Assembly (NCBI GenBank): GCA_963714275.1
Contig: CAVQNT010000002.1
Location: forward strand, 512,001-576,000
Source: Candidatus Bathyarchaeota archaeon
GTDB taxonomy: Archaea > Thermoproteota > Bathyarchaeia > Bathyarchaeales > DTEX01
Reading direction: 5' to 3'
Length of the DNA stretch: 64,000 nucleotides
Shown: piece by piece, positions 22,783 through 33,059 of the stretch
Numbering within the stretch: the stretch's first letter is position 1
Layout: the number at the start of each line of letters is the position of its first letter
Made by a program: the position numbers and the translations under genes
Notes under the pieces: model-generated
Told to the model about the DNA's origin: nothing
What the model saw: the letters and a program-made list of their open reading frames with translations, nothing else
Database searches by the model: none

Positions 22783-23427
22783 TCAAAACATTGTTTTGTT
22801 TATTTTATGAAGGCTCTTTTTGGCTTGGATTACAGTTATTGTTTCGAATGCAACCTTCTGTTCCGCAATTACCGTCGCCTCGAAGCCTTGTTTAATGAAT
22901 TTATCTATTGTTTCATTTACATCAGAAAGTGTAGATTGCACCAGAAGGATTCGTCCATCAAGCTTCAAATGTTCAGGTGCGTGTGCAATGAATCGGTCGA
23001 TGAGTTCTCTGCCTTTCTTTCCGCCTGACCACGCGTAGTCGATCCAGCTGCTGGGCTTCTCATTCTCGGTTGGCAAGTATGGTGCATTAAAAAGAACGAC
23101 ATCGAATAAGGTTTCCTTCCTTAACGGTCCAAACAGGTCTCCCCTTACCACATCAACTCGGTCGGAAACCCCGTTATCTTTGGCATTGAGTTTTGTGCAC
23201 CTAACGGCGTCTGGGCTTACGTCCACAGCAACGACCCTTCTGGCTTTTTTGGTAGAAATGACGGAAAGTATCCCGCATCCTGCGCCTATGTCTAAGACTT
23301 CATCGCCGATTTTGACTGTTAGGTTTTTGGCGAAAAGAAACGTGTCTTCCGCTGGTTCGTAGACGCCGCTGAAGACGGTGAAGGCTGTGTCTTTGAAAAA
23401 CACTTTTTTGTTGTCAGATTTTGCCAC
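22783..23427 (-). CDS. HemK2/MTQ2-family protein methyltransferase (release factor Gln methylase)
   Basis: VYEPAEDTF, DIGAGCG, FNAPYLP, WSGG..GR. Confidence 0.9.
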   Translation of the reverse strand: MAKSDNKKVFFKDTAFTVFSGVYEPAEDTFLFAKNLTVKIGDEVLDIGAGCGILSVISTKKARRVVAVDVSPDAVRCTKLNAKDNGVSDRVDVVRGDLFGPLRKETLFDVVLFNAPYLPTENEKPSSWIDYAWSGGKKGRELIDRFIAHAPEHLKLDGRILLVQSTLSDVNETIDKFIKQGFEATVIAEQKVAFETITVIQAKKSLHKINKTMF

Positions 23428-23606
23428 CGGGTACGCCTCGATGTATCAATTGTTGATTATTTGATTAATATTCTATGGGATGATTGATGCTTATCAAACG
23501 CTTCATTGGTATATTTCTGTCTTGGTGATGATAACAAAAGGTATTTGTAATCCTCGTTTCTTTTATTGTCGATAAATAATTAGCTCTCCTGAAAGGGTTT
23601 TTGTAA

Positions 23607-24235
23607 ATGGAAGGGAATGGACACAAGTTCCTGTACGTGAATCCAGAAAAATGCTTAGGTTGTTCGCTGTGTGAGTACGCTTGTTCTTTAGAGAAGACTG
23701 AGGAATTTAATCCCCTAACATCTAGGATTCGGGTTGTTCGCATACACCCTTTCGTAAACGTCGCATTAACGTGCAAAATGTGTGACAACCCGCCTTGCGT
23801 GAAGGCGTGCCCCACGGAATGTCTGTCCCAGACAAAGGAATCAGGCGTAATTAACGTTGACAACGAAAAATGCACCGGATGCCGCTGGTGCATCGAAGCC
23901 TGCCCATACGGCGCCATACAGTACGACGAAGACACGGGCGCTGTGGCAATCTGCGACCTTTGTGACGGAAAACCAGAATGCATAGACATCTGTCCCACTG
24001 AAGCAATCGATTTTTCATCGTCAGATGAGGAAGTTAAGATAAAGTGGGCTGGAGCCCAAAAAGCTGGACAGAAGAATCAAAGAAGTTCATGCGCATGGCA
24101 GAAGGTGAAAAAATAGACATTTTCGCTGATTCCACCAAAAACATGGAGAAAATAGAAGAAAAGCTCGAATTACTATGCCAGAAAAAAACGCAGATAAATG
24201 AAGCAAAAAAACATCAAAACCCTTCATGTACATAA
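23607..24235 (+). CDS. 4x[4Fe-4S] dicluster electron-transfer protein (apparent frameshift at ~24060)
   Basis: Four CxxCxxxxC/CP clusters; tail continues in ORF 24044..24235. Confidence 0.85.
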
Positions 24236-24365
24236 AACATGTTGCTGAGTGCCAGAAAGAAAACACATAGCTCGCTGCAGCAAACATTAAGCCCTTTACA
24301 AAGATGAATGGTGAGCAAATTTTATAGAACAGAAAGATATATTGTGGGCTGTAAACCAGCGAAAT

Positions 24366-24443
24366 GGGGTCGTCGGCTAGCTTGGTTTAGGCTCCGAGCT
24401 TCGGGCGTTCGGGACCCTGGTTCAAATCCGGGCGACCCCACCA
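24366..24443 (+). tRNA. tRNA-Pro(CGG)
   Basis: GGGGTCG/CGACCCC acceptor stem, CGAGC-TTCGGGC-GTTCG anticodon arm, GTTCAAATC T-loop, encoded CCA. Confidence 0.93.
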
Positions 24444-24616
24444 GTCTTCATTTTAGATTATAGTTTACATGGTTCTATCTGCATTAACCTAGATACATAG
24501 ATGGTTGCAGCTGTTGAAAACAGAATGGACGAAAGATAAAATGGCAAGATTAGTCGAGCTAACAATTTGGAAATATGCTGGCTTATTTGCCATTAAAAAA
24601 AGGTGGTTTAGTTAAT

Positions 24617-25474
24617 CTATTTTTCGAGGTATTTTTTGGTCATTTGTTTGAGGAATTTTAGTCCTTCTGAGGCTAAGGCATCTGCGCTTGGTGCCATCTT
24701 CCGCCATATCGCTGTTGAGGCGGCGATTTTTTCCATGTCCATCGTGAAGGATTCCACGACTATCCATCGGTCGTATTTTACCTCTGACAACGCTCGGAAC
24801 ACGCCGTCCCAGTCAACGTGCCCGGTTCCCGCCATTCCCCGATCGCTCTCGCAGCAATGCATGTGCCAAAGCATGGAACCAACATCCTTTATGGGCTGGT
24901 AGAAGTCTTTCTCTTCGATGTTCATGTGGAACGTGTCCAAGTGAACCTTAATGTTGGGTTCGCCTACGGCTTTCGCCAACTTCACAGCGTCAGCCGCCGT
25001 GTTGAGGAAGTAAGTCTCGAACCTGTTCACGGGCTCCAACCCAAACGTCACCCCGTATTTGCTGGCGTATCGGCACACTTCCTTCAGCGACTCCACGCTG
25101 TGCTTCCATTCGGTTTCGGTTCTGGGTTTACCCGTTATTTTTCCCCAAGAAGTGTAGATGACGCCGTTTATTGAGTCGCCACCGAGCTCTGAGATGGCTT
25201 CTACGCAACGTTTCATGAATTCGACGCCCCGTTTCCTAGTTGTTTCGTCTCCGCTGGTTATGTCCTTGTCCAAAGGCAACCCCAATGAGCCTATGCCTAC
25301 AACGTCGTGGCGCTTTAGTTCCTTCTTCGTCTTTTCGATGTCGATGGCTTCAAGTTCCGTCAAAGGAATTTCGACACCGTCAAAACCCATGTCCTTGATT
25401 TTTTTAATGAGCTTCAAGGCAGGGACGTCTAACCTTTCAGCCCACAAATAAAGGTGCACGCCAAATTTTACCAT
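24617..25474 (-). CDS. D-psicose/D-tagatose 3-epimerase-family sugar epimerase
   Basis: GFDGVEI, LEPVNRFE, LDTFHMNIEE, H..ESDRG..G.G, ESF. Confidence 0.88.
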   Translation of the reverse strand: MVKFGVHLYLWAERLDVPALKLIKKIKDMGFDGVEIPLTELEAIDIEKTKKELKRHDVVGIGSLGLPLDKDITSGDETTRKRGVEFMKRCVEAISELGGDSINGVIYTSWGKITGKPRTETEWKHSVESLKEVCRYASKYGVTFGLEPVNRFETYFLNTAADAVKLAKAVGEPNIKVHLDTFHMNIEEKDFYQPIKDVGSMLWHMHCCESDRGMAGTGHVDWDGVFRALSEVKYDRWIVVESFTMDMEKIAASTAIWRKMAPSADALASEGLKFLKQMTKKYLEK

Positions 25475-25569
25475 GCCTCAGAATATGTTTAACGATGTGA
25501 TATAAGTTTTCCCTTAACCCGTAATGGAGTAGATAAAAAAAATATACTATGGTTTTCTGTCAAAATTTT

Positions 25570-26529
25570 TTAGAATTTCTTGAGCAGCGAAGCCAGTTTT
25601 CGTGTGTTTCCCAAAATTCCGTAGTAATCCTCAATCATCTCCTGTATTTCCTGTCTCAATTGTGTCTGTGCAGCTTCAACATTCCCAGTCTTCCGCATTT
25701 CCTTCTCGAAAACTTGACGAATAGCTGTGCCAATGTTGATTTTTGTGACGCCGTTTCTTATGCCCGAGAGGACGCTTTCTCGTTCTATGCCTGAACCACC
25801 GTGAAGAACAATGGGCACGTTCGTGGCTGAAACAATCTTCCGAAGATGGTCAACGTTGAGTCGCGCGTTCAACTTCTTCTCGTCCTTCGCTGCCCCACTG
25901 ATAGCTCCATGAATGTTACCGATGGCTACGGAAAGCCAGTCCACGCCCGTCTCCTCCACGAACCTTTTCGCCTCCCCAGGGTCAGTGAATCCCCTGCCTG
26001 AACGGAAAAGCTCCTCGTAAGGGGGCAACGGTCCCTTCTCGTGCCCGTAGACAGCGCCAAGCTCAGCCTCAACAGGAACCTGTTTTGCGTGAGCCATCTC
26101 GACCACTTTTCTGGTAACATCAATGTTTTCTTCGAGACTCAGCCTAGACCCATCAATCATCACTGAGTCGAACCCGAGACTAAGCGCCTCCCGCATCATA
26201 GCATTCCAGTTCACACGGTCGCCATCCTCGTTAACGACCGGAACATGGTCCAGATGAAGCCTAGAAAAAGCCCTCTCCCCATATTTAGTGTATTCCCGTT
26301 TCACTGCGCTAAGGCTTTGTGCGCCAAACTTTTCCAAGTCCGGAAGCGCCACCTCGAGAAGACCAAAACACTCAAGTTCTCTAAGCGTCGCCACAATCGG
26401 TTCTACCATTGGTAAATAGGCAACGTTGAAGGCAGGAACCAGAATGCGAGTATTGAAGGCTCCACGCATCACTTCATCCAATGTAGACTCGAGAAGCACC
26501 CTTTCAAAGTCCAAATTTGAACGGTCCAT
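25570..26529 (-). CDS. Class II fructose/tagatose-bisphosphate aldolase family
   Basis: PAFN, HLDH, SVMIDGS, VEAELG, AIGNIHG, VLHGGSG, KINIGT. Confidence 0.92.
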   Translation of the reverse strand: MDRSNLDFERVLLESTLDEVMRGAFNTRILVPAFNVAYLPMVEPIVATLRELECFGLLEVALPDLEKFGAQSLSAVKREYTKYGERAFSRLHLDHVPVVNEDGDRVNWNAMMREALSLGFDSVMIDGSRLSLEENIDVTRKVVEMAHAKQVPVEAELGAVYGHEKGPLPPYEELFRSGRGFTDPGEAKRFVEETGVDWLSVAIGNIHGAISGAAKDEKKLNARLNVDHLRKIVSATNVPIVLHGGSGIERESVLSGIRNGVTKINIGTAIRQVFEKEMRKTGNVEAAQTQLRQEIQEMIEDYYGILGNTRKLASLLKKF

Positions 26530-26704
26530 ATAGGTTTCCCGTTTCTCTTTATAGGAGATTCGTCCAATAAAATTATTGTCCACTATTCCGTTTCAGGGAC
26601 ATCATTTTTTGGGACCTTTCAACGTTCGATTAATTATTAGCTCCTTGGGGAAACTCTCATTAGCACCGTGAAACATATTTTGGCTCGTTTCTGGAGGAAA
26701 ACGT

Positions 26705-28222
26705 ATGGGCTCCTTCCTCGTGGGCGTCGACCTCGGAACCTCAGCGTGCAAAACAGTAATCTTCAACACCGAAGGCAAGAAGGTTTCGGAAGCCCAACAA
26801 GAATACCCCGTTTACCACCCTCAACCGAAATGGGCTGAGCAGAACCCCCGAGAATGGTGGAATGCTGCTGTCGAAACAGTGAAGAAAAGCCTAAAGAAAG
26901 CAGGCATCCGAGAGGACGAGATAGCAGGATTGGCAGTTGACTCCCAGAGAGAGGCGGTTGTGCCCATAAACAAAAAAGGCGAAGAACTTTACAACAGCAT
27001 CATCTGGCTTGATAACCGCACTGCTCCACAGGCTCGCAGAATACATGATCTAATACCTCAAGAAAAGGTTCTGTCAGAAACTGGTGTGCCGATTAGCCCC
27101 ATTTACTCAGCAGCCAAGATTATGTGGCTCAGAGACAACGTTCCCGAAGTCTACGAAAAAACCGCTTGCTTCCTATGCGCGAAGGACTACATCGTCTACA
27201 GGCTCACGGGTGAAGCTGCGACGGATTACTCGATGGCTTCCCGAACCATGCTCTTCAATGTCACAAAAAAAGCGTGGTCAACCGAAATATGCTCAACCCT
27301 AGGCATATCAGTCGAGAAGCTTCCTCCAGTGAAGGAATCCGTGGCTGTCATCGGCGAAGTCTCAGTTAAAGCTTCACACGAAACTGGCTTACCGAAGGGG
27401 CTTCAGGTGGTAAATGGTGGCGGAGACCGACCGTGCGAATGCCTCGGTGCTGGTGTAACTCAGTCGGGTTTGGTTAACACGGGAACAGGTACAGGTTCAG
27501 TATTCGAGGTTCCTCTGGATAAACCTGCGATTGACAAGCAAGGAAGGGTCCCATGTTGTGTTCACGTGATTCCAGACATGTGGGAGTACGAGGTCATCAT
27601 CGCAACCACAGGCGCAACTTTACGGTGGTTCAGAGACACGTTCGGTGGCGAAGAAAAGGCTCAGGCACAAAGACATAACTTAGACCCGTATGATTTGCTT
27701 ACGGAAAAAGCTGAAAAAACAAGATTAGGCGCAGATGGACTCTTTTTCTACCCGTACTTAGCTGGGATTTTTCTACCAAAATACGACGAGAAGGCAAGGG
27801 GAGTCTTCTTCGGCATCAACCTATCGCATGAAAAAGGGCACTTCGTACGAGCGATTCTTGAGGGAGTCGCCTTCCAATACCTTGAAACTTTAACGCTTCT
27901 GGGCGAACTCGGAGTAAAGGTCAATGAACTCAGCATGGTAGGTGGCGAAACCCGAAGTTCGCTTTGGAATCAGATTAAGGCTGATGTTTGTGGCAGAAGA
28001 ATCCGAATACCCGAAGTTGACGACGCTGCGGCATTGGGAGCTGCCCTCCTTGCGGGAACCGGAGTAGGACAATACACGAACCTAAGAAAGGCAGCTGAAG
28101 AAACAGTCAAAAACAAAAACGTTTTCACGCCGAACCCAGAAAACCATGGGCTGTACGCTGAGGCTTACAGAAACTACAGAATCGTCTATTCGCAGGTCGA
28201 AAAGGGTTTCATGGTTTATTAA
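26705..28222 (+). CDS. FGGY-family sugar kinase (xylulokinase-like)
   Basis: GVDLGTS, EQNP..WW, IIWLDNR, TDYSMASRT, GGGD, RAILEG. Confidence 0.92.
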   Translation: MGSFLVGVDLGTSACKTVIFNTEGKKVSEAQQEYPVYHPQPKWAEQNPREWWNAAVETVKKSLKKAGIREDEIAGLAVDSQREAVVPINKKGEELYNSIIWLDNRTAPQARRIHDLIPQEKVLSETGVPISPIYSAAKIMWLRDNVPEVYEKTACFLCAKDYIVYRLTGEAATDYSMASRTMLFNVTKKAWSTEICSTLGISVEKLPPVKESVAVIGEVSVKASHETGLPKGLQVVNGGGDRPCECLGAGVTQSGLVNTGTGTGSVFEVPLDKPAIDKQGRVPCCVHVIPDMWEYEVIIATTGATLRWFRDTFGGEEKAQAQRHNLDPYDLLTEKAEKTRLGADGLFFYPYLAGIFLPKYDEKARGVFFGINLSHEKGHFVRAILEGVAFQYLETLTLLGELGVKVNELSMVGGETRSSLWNQIKADVCGRRIRIPEVDDAAALGAALLAGTGVGQYTNLRKAAEETVKNKNVFTPNPENHGLYAEAYRNYRIVYSQVEKGFMVY

Positions 28223-28233
28223 CTTCGTTGATG

Positions 28234-29429
28234 CTATGGCAATGTTGTTTTAAATTTTTTGTCAGAATTCAGACTGTTTGTTTGGAATTTTTCGCGTGCT
28301 ACCTTTAGCCCTGCGCCTTTCTGGAATTTGTACGCTTGGTTGACTAAGGCGTTTTCGAGCGCATCAATTGTTTGTAGGGTTTCATCTTCTGCTATGATGC
28401 CCATGCAGCCAATACGGAATATGGCGTCTTTCAGTTTTCCTGCGCCTGGCGAGATTACCACGTTGTACTGTTCGTCCATGATTTTCCGAACCTTGGCGTT
28501 GTCGACTCCGTCTGGCTTGTTGAACGCGATGACCGTGTTCGACCTAACCTTTCTGTCAGGAAGTGACGATAAACCCAAAGCTTCAACAGCATTATAGAAC
28601 GCTTCACTGCAGGTACGGTGCCGCCTAATGCGGTTTTCGAGCCCTTCCTCGCGTACCATTTTTAGAGCTTCATCCAAAGCGTAGAAAAGTGGTAAAGCTG
28701 GAGTAAAAGGCGTCTCCCTTATTTTACCGAACTCACGCATCTCAATCATGTCGAAATAGAAAGGCTTCTCCACTTTTTCGATGGTTTCCCAAGCCTTCGG
28801 GCTGACCGAGAACAGGGACAAGCCCGGAGGGCAGGCTAAACACTTTTGGCTTGCTGTAACGCATATATCGACTCCCCATTTGTCCACGGGCAGGTCGTCT
28901 CCGCCAAGGTTCGAAACAGCGTCCACGATGAGAAGAAGGTTGTTTTCCTTGGCGATTTCTCCTATTTCGGGAAGTTCGCGGACCGTGACGCCTGTCGAGG
29001 TTTCGTTGTAAACGACGAACATGGTTTTCGTGTCTTTTTCTTTTTTCACAGCTTCACGTATCTGGCTGGCTGTTGGAGCGTTTCCCACCTTGATTGCAGC
29101 TCAACCGCATGTCCGCCCCGTCGCGTAACGGCTTCTTTCGCTCTTTCGCTGAATAACCCAAACACGGGAACGATGACCTTGTCGCCCGGGTTAATGGAGT
29201 TTCCTACGACGCATTCAAGTCCGCCTGTACCTGACACCGTTAAAACATAGACATCGTTTTTAGTTTGGAAAACGTATTTCGCGTTTTTGGCTATCGATTC
29301 GTACATAGCTTTGAACGCTGGTCCCCGATGGTCAATCATCGGCTTAAGCATAGCCTTCATTACGCGGTTAGGAACGTTTGTTGGTCCTGGAACCATGATA
29401 AGCTTTTTTTCGGTCATTCCATCAGCCAT
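28234..29429 (-). CDS. Class V PLP aminotransferase (alanine-glyoxylate/serine-pyruvate type), apparent frameshift at ~29095
   Basis: PGPT, SGTGG, NETSTGV, VDAVS, SQKCL..PPG, FRIG. Confidence 0.9.
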
Positions 29430-29586
29430 CGCAAATGTTTAAAACAAGCCAAACATGTACTGTTATGTCATATTAAACCTTAACGCATCTGGAAACTGAT
29501 ATAAAGTAATATATGATGTTAGCCAAAAATGTTGAATTTCGTTTAGGCTTTAGCATATATTCATCTTAAAATCGTGGTGAAGGCAA

Positions 29587-30015
29587 ATGAGCAATGTAAA
29601 CAGCTGGATAAAGTCTCTGCTTGACAACCTCGAAAGCTTAGACAACGAAACAGTTGTAAAGGTTTTGGAGGATTGCGGGCGAAGCTGTTGCCGTTCCAGC
29701 GGTTATTACAAGAAAGCTTTGGACAGCATGAGCAAAGCGAAGGACGTCAACGAGTTCGTGGATAGGCTTGTGAAGGCGTGGAGTCACCTTCATAGAGAAG
29801 GCGAAAATGTCTACGTGGTCTACGACAGATGCTACTGCCCACTGGGTCGTGCACTTCTAAAAGATTATCCCAACCAACTCTCATTATATTGCAACTGCAG
29901 CAGAGGATGGATCAGGGAGATGTTTGAGTCCGCTTTGAAAAAACCCGTGAAGGTTGAGCTCGAAAAATCCATTATACGGGGAGACGACCTTTGTAGGTTC
30001 AAGGTGACACTCTGA
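29587..30015 (+). CDS. Cys-rich V4R-like / DUF6144-like protein
   Basis: CGRSC, CYCP, YCNCSRG, SIIRGDDLCRF. Confidence 0.7.
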   Translation: MSNVNSWIKSLLDNLESLDNETVVKVLEDCGRSCCRSSGYYKKALDSMSKAKDVNEFVDRLVKAWSHLHREGENVYVVYDRCYCPLGRALLKDYPNQLSLYCNCSRGWIREMFESALKKPVKVELEKSIIRGDDLCRFKVTL

Positions 30016-30040
30016 ATAATGACTGGAAAAGAGGTGTTGA

Positions 30041-30446
30041 ATGATAAAAAAAAGAAACTGAAAGATGGGACATTTCCGTTTGTGGATTGAACTGCGCGAA
30101 ATGCGAAATTTTCTTAGCTGGACACGGCGACGAGGAAGCGATGAAGACGATGCTTGGGTTCTTCAAGGACGTTAAACCCGAGGCTATTGTTTGTGGCGGA
30201 TGCCGAGGTCAACTTGATGTTCACTGGAGCGCTGACTGCAAGTTCCTTGCGTGTACAAAGAAGAAGGGCTTGAAATACTGTTTCGAATGCGCGGAGTTTC
30301 CGTGCGGCGACCTGAAAGCCTTCGCTTCGGATGGACCTCCGCATCACAAGAAGACCATTGAGAACATGAAGAGAATGAAGGAAATCGGAATCGAATCTTG
30401 GCTCATGGAACAAAAGAAAAAGGGGCAATGCGTATTCTGCCCATAA
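30041..30446 (+). CDS. DUF3795-family Cys-rich protein (poly-A frameshift near start)
   Basis: SVCGLNCAKC, CGGCR, C...C, CFECAEFPC; ATG 30041 out of frame by one A in an A-run. Confidence 0.8.
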
Positions 30447-30481
30447 CCGTCAACCATAAGAATGTTTGATGGGAGTTTGCC

Positions 30482-31291
30482 ATGAAGAGAAAGCTGTTGA
30501 TTACGTTACTTTCTGATTTTGGCTTAAGAGACCCGTATGTCGCAGAAATGAAAGCTGTCATACTGTCCATTTACCCTGACGCATTAATTGTTGACATAAG
30601 CCACGAGATTGAAAAATACGACGTACAGATGGGAGCCTACACGCTGGCCAGAGCTGCACCTTATTTTCCTAAAGGAACAATCCACGTAGCCGTCGTCGAC
30701 CCAGGCGTCGGAACCGAAAGAAGACCCATAATCGTCGAAACCAAACGCAGCTTCTATGTTGGTCCAGACAATGGGCTTTTGATGTTTTCAGCCCAAAAAG
30801 AAGGAATCGTCCACATCTACGAGGTCACAAACCGCAAATACATGCTAAAAATGGTCTCGAAAACGTTTCACGGACGCGACGTCTTTAGTCCTGCAGCCGC
30901 CTACTTGGCTAAAGGAGTCCAAGCGTTGGATTTTGGTCCAGAGGTAAGTAATCCTATTGTGCCAAGCTTTACCAAGACATTGACGCTTGACCGCGAGATA
31001 CGTGGCGAGGTGATTCACGTAGACGAGTTTGGCAACATCGTAACAAACGTCACCGAAGAACATCTTAAGGCAATGGACATTAAAGAAGGTGTACGACTTT
31101 CAGTTACCTTAAAAAACAATGAGGTTTTGGCTAAATTATGTTCAGCCTACGGTGATGTTCCAGCGGATTCTCCTTTGACGGTTATTGGCAGTGGTGGCTT
31201 TCTCGAGGTTGCTGTGAATCGAGGGAACGCTGCTCAGACTTTCGGGATAAAAACTGGAGATAAGGTCATTCTCAAACCTCCATCTGAATGA
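30482..31291 (+). CDS. SAM hydroxide adenosyltransferase (DUF62, chlorinase/fluorinase family)
   Basis: SDFGLRDPYV, VVDPGVG, GPDNG, TFHGRDVF, VDEFGN. Confidence 0.92.
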   Translation: MKRKLLITLLSDFGLRDPYVAEMKAVILSIYPDALIVDISHEIEKYDVQMGAYTLARAAPYFPKGTIHVAVVDPGVGTERRPIIVETKRSFYVGPDNGLLMFSAQKEGIVHIYEVTNRKYMLKMVSKTFHGRDVFSPAAAYLAKGVQALDFGPEVSNPIVPSFTKTLTLDREIRGEVIHVDEFGNIVTNVTEEHLKAMDIKEGVRLSVTLKNNEVLAKLCSAYGDVPADSPLTVIGSGGFLEVAVNRGNAAQTFGIKTGDKVILKPPSE

Positions 31292-31380
31292 CCAATGTTG
31301 CGGGTTTGCTTTTTGTTCATAACGTCGGCAACCTTATTAAGAATCAAAATGGGATAACAGATGAACGAGCGTGAGCGTTG

Positions 31381-32203
31381 ATGTTTGAGCTGGGCGTGAT
31401 AACGGACGAAATCTCGTTGGACATTGAAAAGTCTGTTTCGGTTGCCAAAGATTTAGGTTTAAACTGCATTGAGCTGACGGAGCTGCTGGGACAAAAACGT
31501 GAAGGACCTGACAAACGCCGAGGTACGAAAAATAAAGTACATAGCGGAACGTGCTGGGCTCAAGGTCATCTGTGTCTCTTCGCCGTTTTTTAAGTGCAAC
31601 ATTACGAGCGAGTCTGAGGTTAGGGAACATCTGGGTTTCCTTCCCAGAATAATCGAGATAACGAAGCTTTTTGACGCCAAAATTGTCAGAGGCTTCGCTT
31701 TCTGGTCCGTAAAAGACACGAACCAATACTGGAGCGCCATGATTGGGAAGCTGCGTGAAGCTGCCGACTTGTGCCGCGAAGAAGGCGTGGTTTTAGCCCT
31801 CGAGAACGAGTATTCCACGATTGTGGGAACTGGAAAAGAATCAAGGAAAGCCATCGAAGAGGTCGGTTTGAAAAGTCTTAGGCTGGTTTGGGACCCAGGA
31901 AATGCTTTCTGCGCGGGCGACGTTCCTTACCCAGATGGTTACCTTCAAGCCCGAGACTACATGGTTCACATGCACCTGAAGGACGCCGTCCGCGACAAAG
32001 AAAATGGAGAAGTCAGGTTTGTGGCTGTCGGAAGTGGCGAAATAGACTACGTTGGACAGTTTAAGGCTTTAGCTGATGATGGGTACGATGGCTGCGTGTC
32101 GATTGAAACCCACTACCGCATTCAAGATAACGGAGAAAAAAGCACAAGAGAATTATGCGCTGGGCTTAAAAAAATCCTAGATAATCTTGGTTTTAGAAAA
32201 TAA
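31381..32203 (+). CDS. Sugar phosphate isomerase/epimerase TIM barrel (xylose-isomerase-like), apparent frameshift at ~31485
   Basis: ITDEIS, LENE, WDPGN, HMHLKD, SIETH. Confidence 0.85.
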
Positions 32204-32314
32204 TTTAATATTTGAATATTTTTGTTTCTGCTTAGGCTTTGTTTTTCGTTGTGTCGTAAAAAAAACATTTACTTTTAATTCTGTTTAACACATTTAGTTA
32301 CGGGTCTGGTTGAA

Positions 32315-33031
32315 ATGTCGGATTCTGAGTCTCTGGTGCCTTACCTTAAGGAGGACAAGGGCGAAAAGCAGCCCACCATAATCGTTGACAGCCGAGAAGC
32401 TTCTGGGGCTTCCAAAATCATGAACGGCTTAAAGGAAAGGGGCGCCGTTGTTCAGGTTGAGTTCCTCGAGAAAGGCGACTACATAATCTCCGACGAGTGC
32501 GCGTTTGAACGGAAAACGGTTCAGGACTTTGTTTACACTTTGACTCGGCGCTACCTTTTCGACCAGCTCTTCCTTCTAAAAGAAGCTTATCCGAAGCCCT
32601 TCATCCTCATCGAAGGCTATTTGCCCGTAATTTACAAATATAGCAAAATTAATCCGTCTGCTGTGTGGGGAGCAATGTTCGCTTTGGCAAAGCAGGGCAT
32701 AAACATGATTCAAACGACCAGCCACAAGGAAACAGTAGACTTCCTCTACACATCGGCGAAGCAGGAACAAATCGTGGAAAAAAGGGTGCCAGCAGTCCAT
32801 GCAGTAAAAAAGATTGAGACCCTTGCTGATGCGCAAGTGTTTTTCCTAGCCAGCTTACCAAACATTGGCAGAGAAAAAGCCGTAAGCCTCCTCGAATCCT
32901 ACGACACACCCTTCAACGTACTGGTGAATCTTGATCGTTGGGCGAAGGACGCTTATGGGCTGGGACCGAAAATAACTCAGAAGGTCGAAGAGGTTCTTCA
33001 CACGTCGTATTCTGAAGCCAAAAATAAGTAA
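32315..33031 (+). CDS. xpf: Short XPF/ERCC4 endonuclease with HhH tail
   Basis: VDSRE, GDY, ERK..QD, LPNIG HhH, GLGPK. Confidence 0.85.
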   Translation: MSDSESLVPYLKEDKGEKQPTIIVDSREASGASKIMNGLKERGAVVQVEFLEKGDYIISDECAFERKTVQDFVYTLTRRYLFDQLFLLKEAYPKPFILIEGYLPVIYKYSKINPSAVWGAMFALAKQGINMIQTTSHKETVDFLYTSAKQEQIVEKRVPAVHAVKKIETLADAQVFFLASLPNIGREKAVSLLESYDTPFNVLVNLDRWAKDAYGLGPKITQKVEEVLHTSYSEAKNK

Positions 33032-33059
33032 ACCATATTTTTTCCTAAATGTTCATGGC

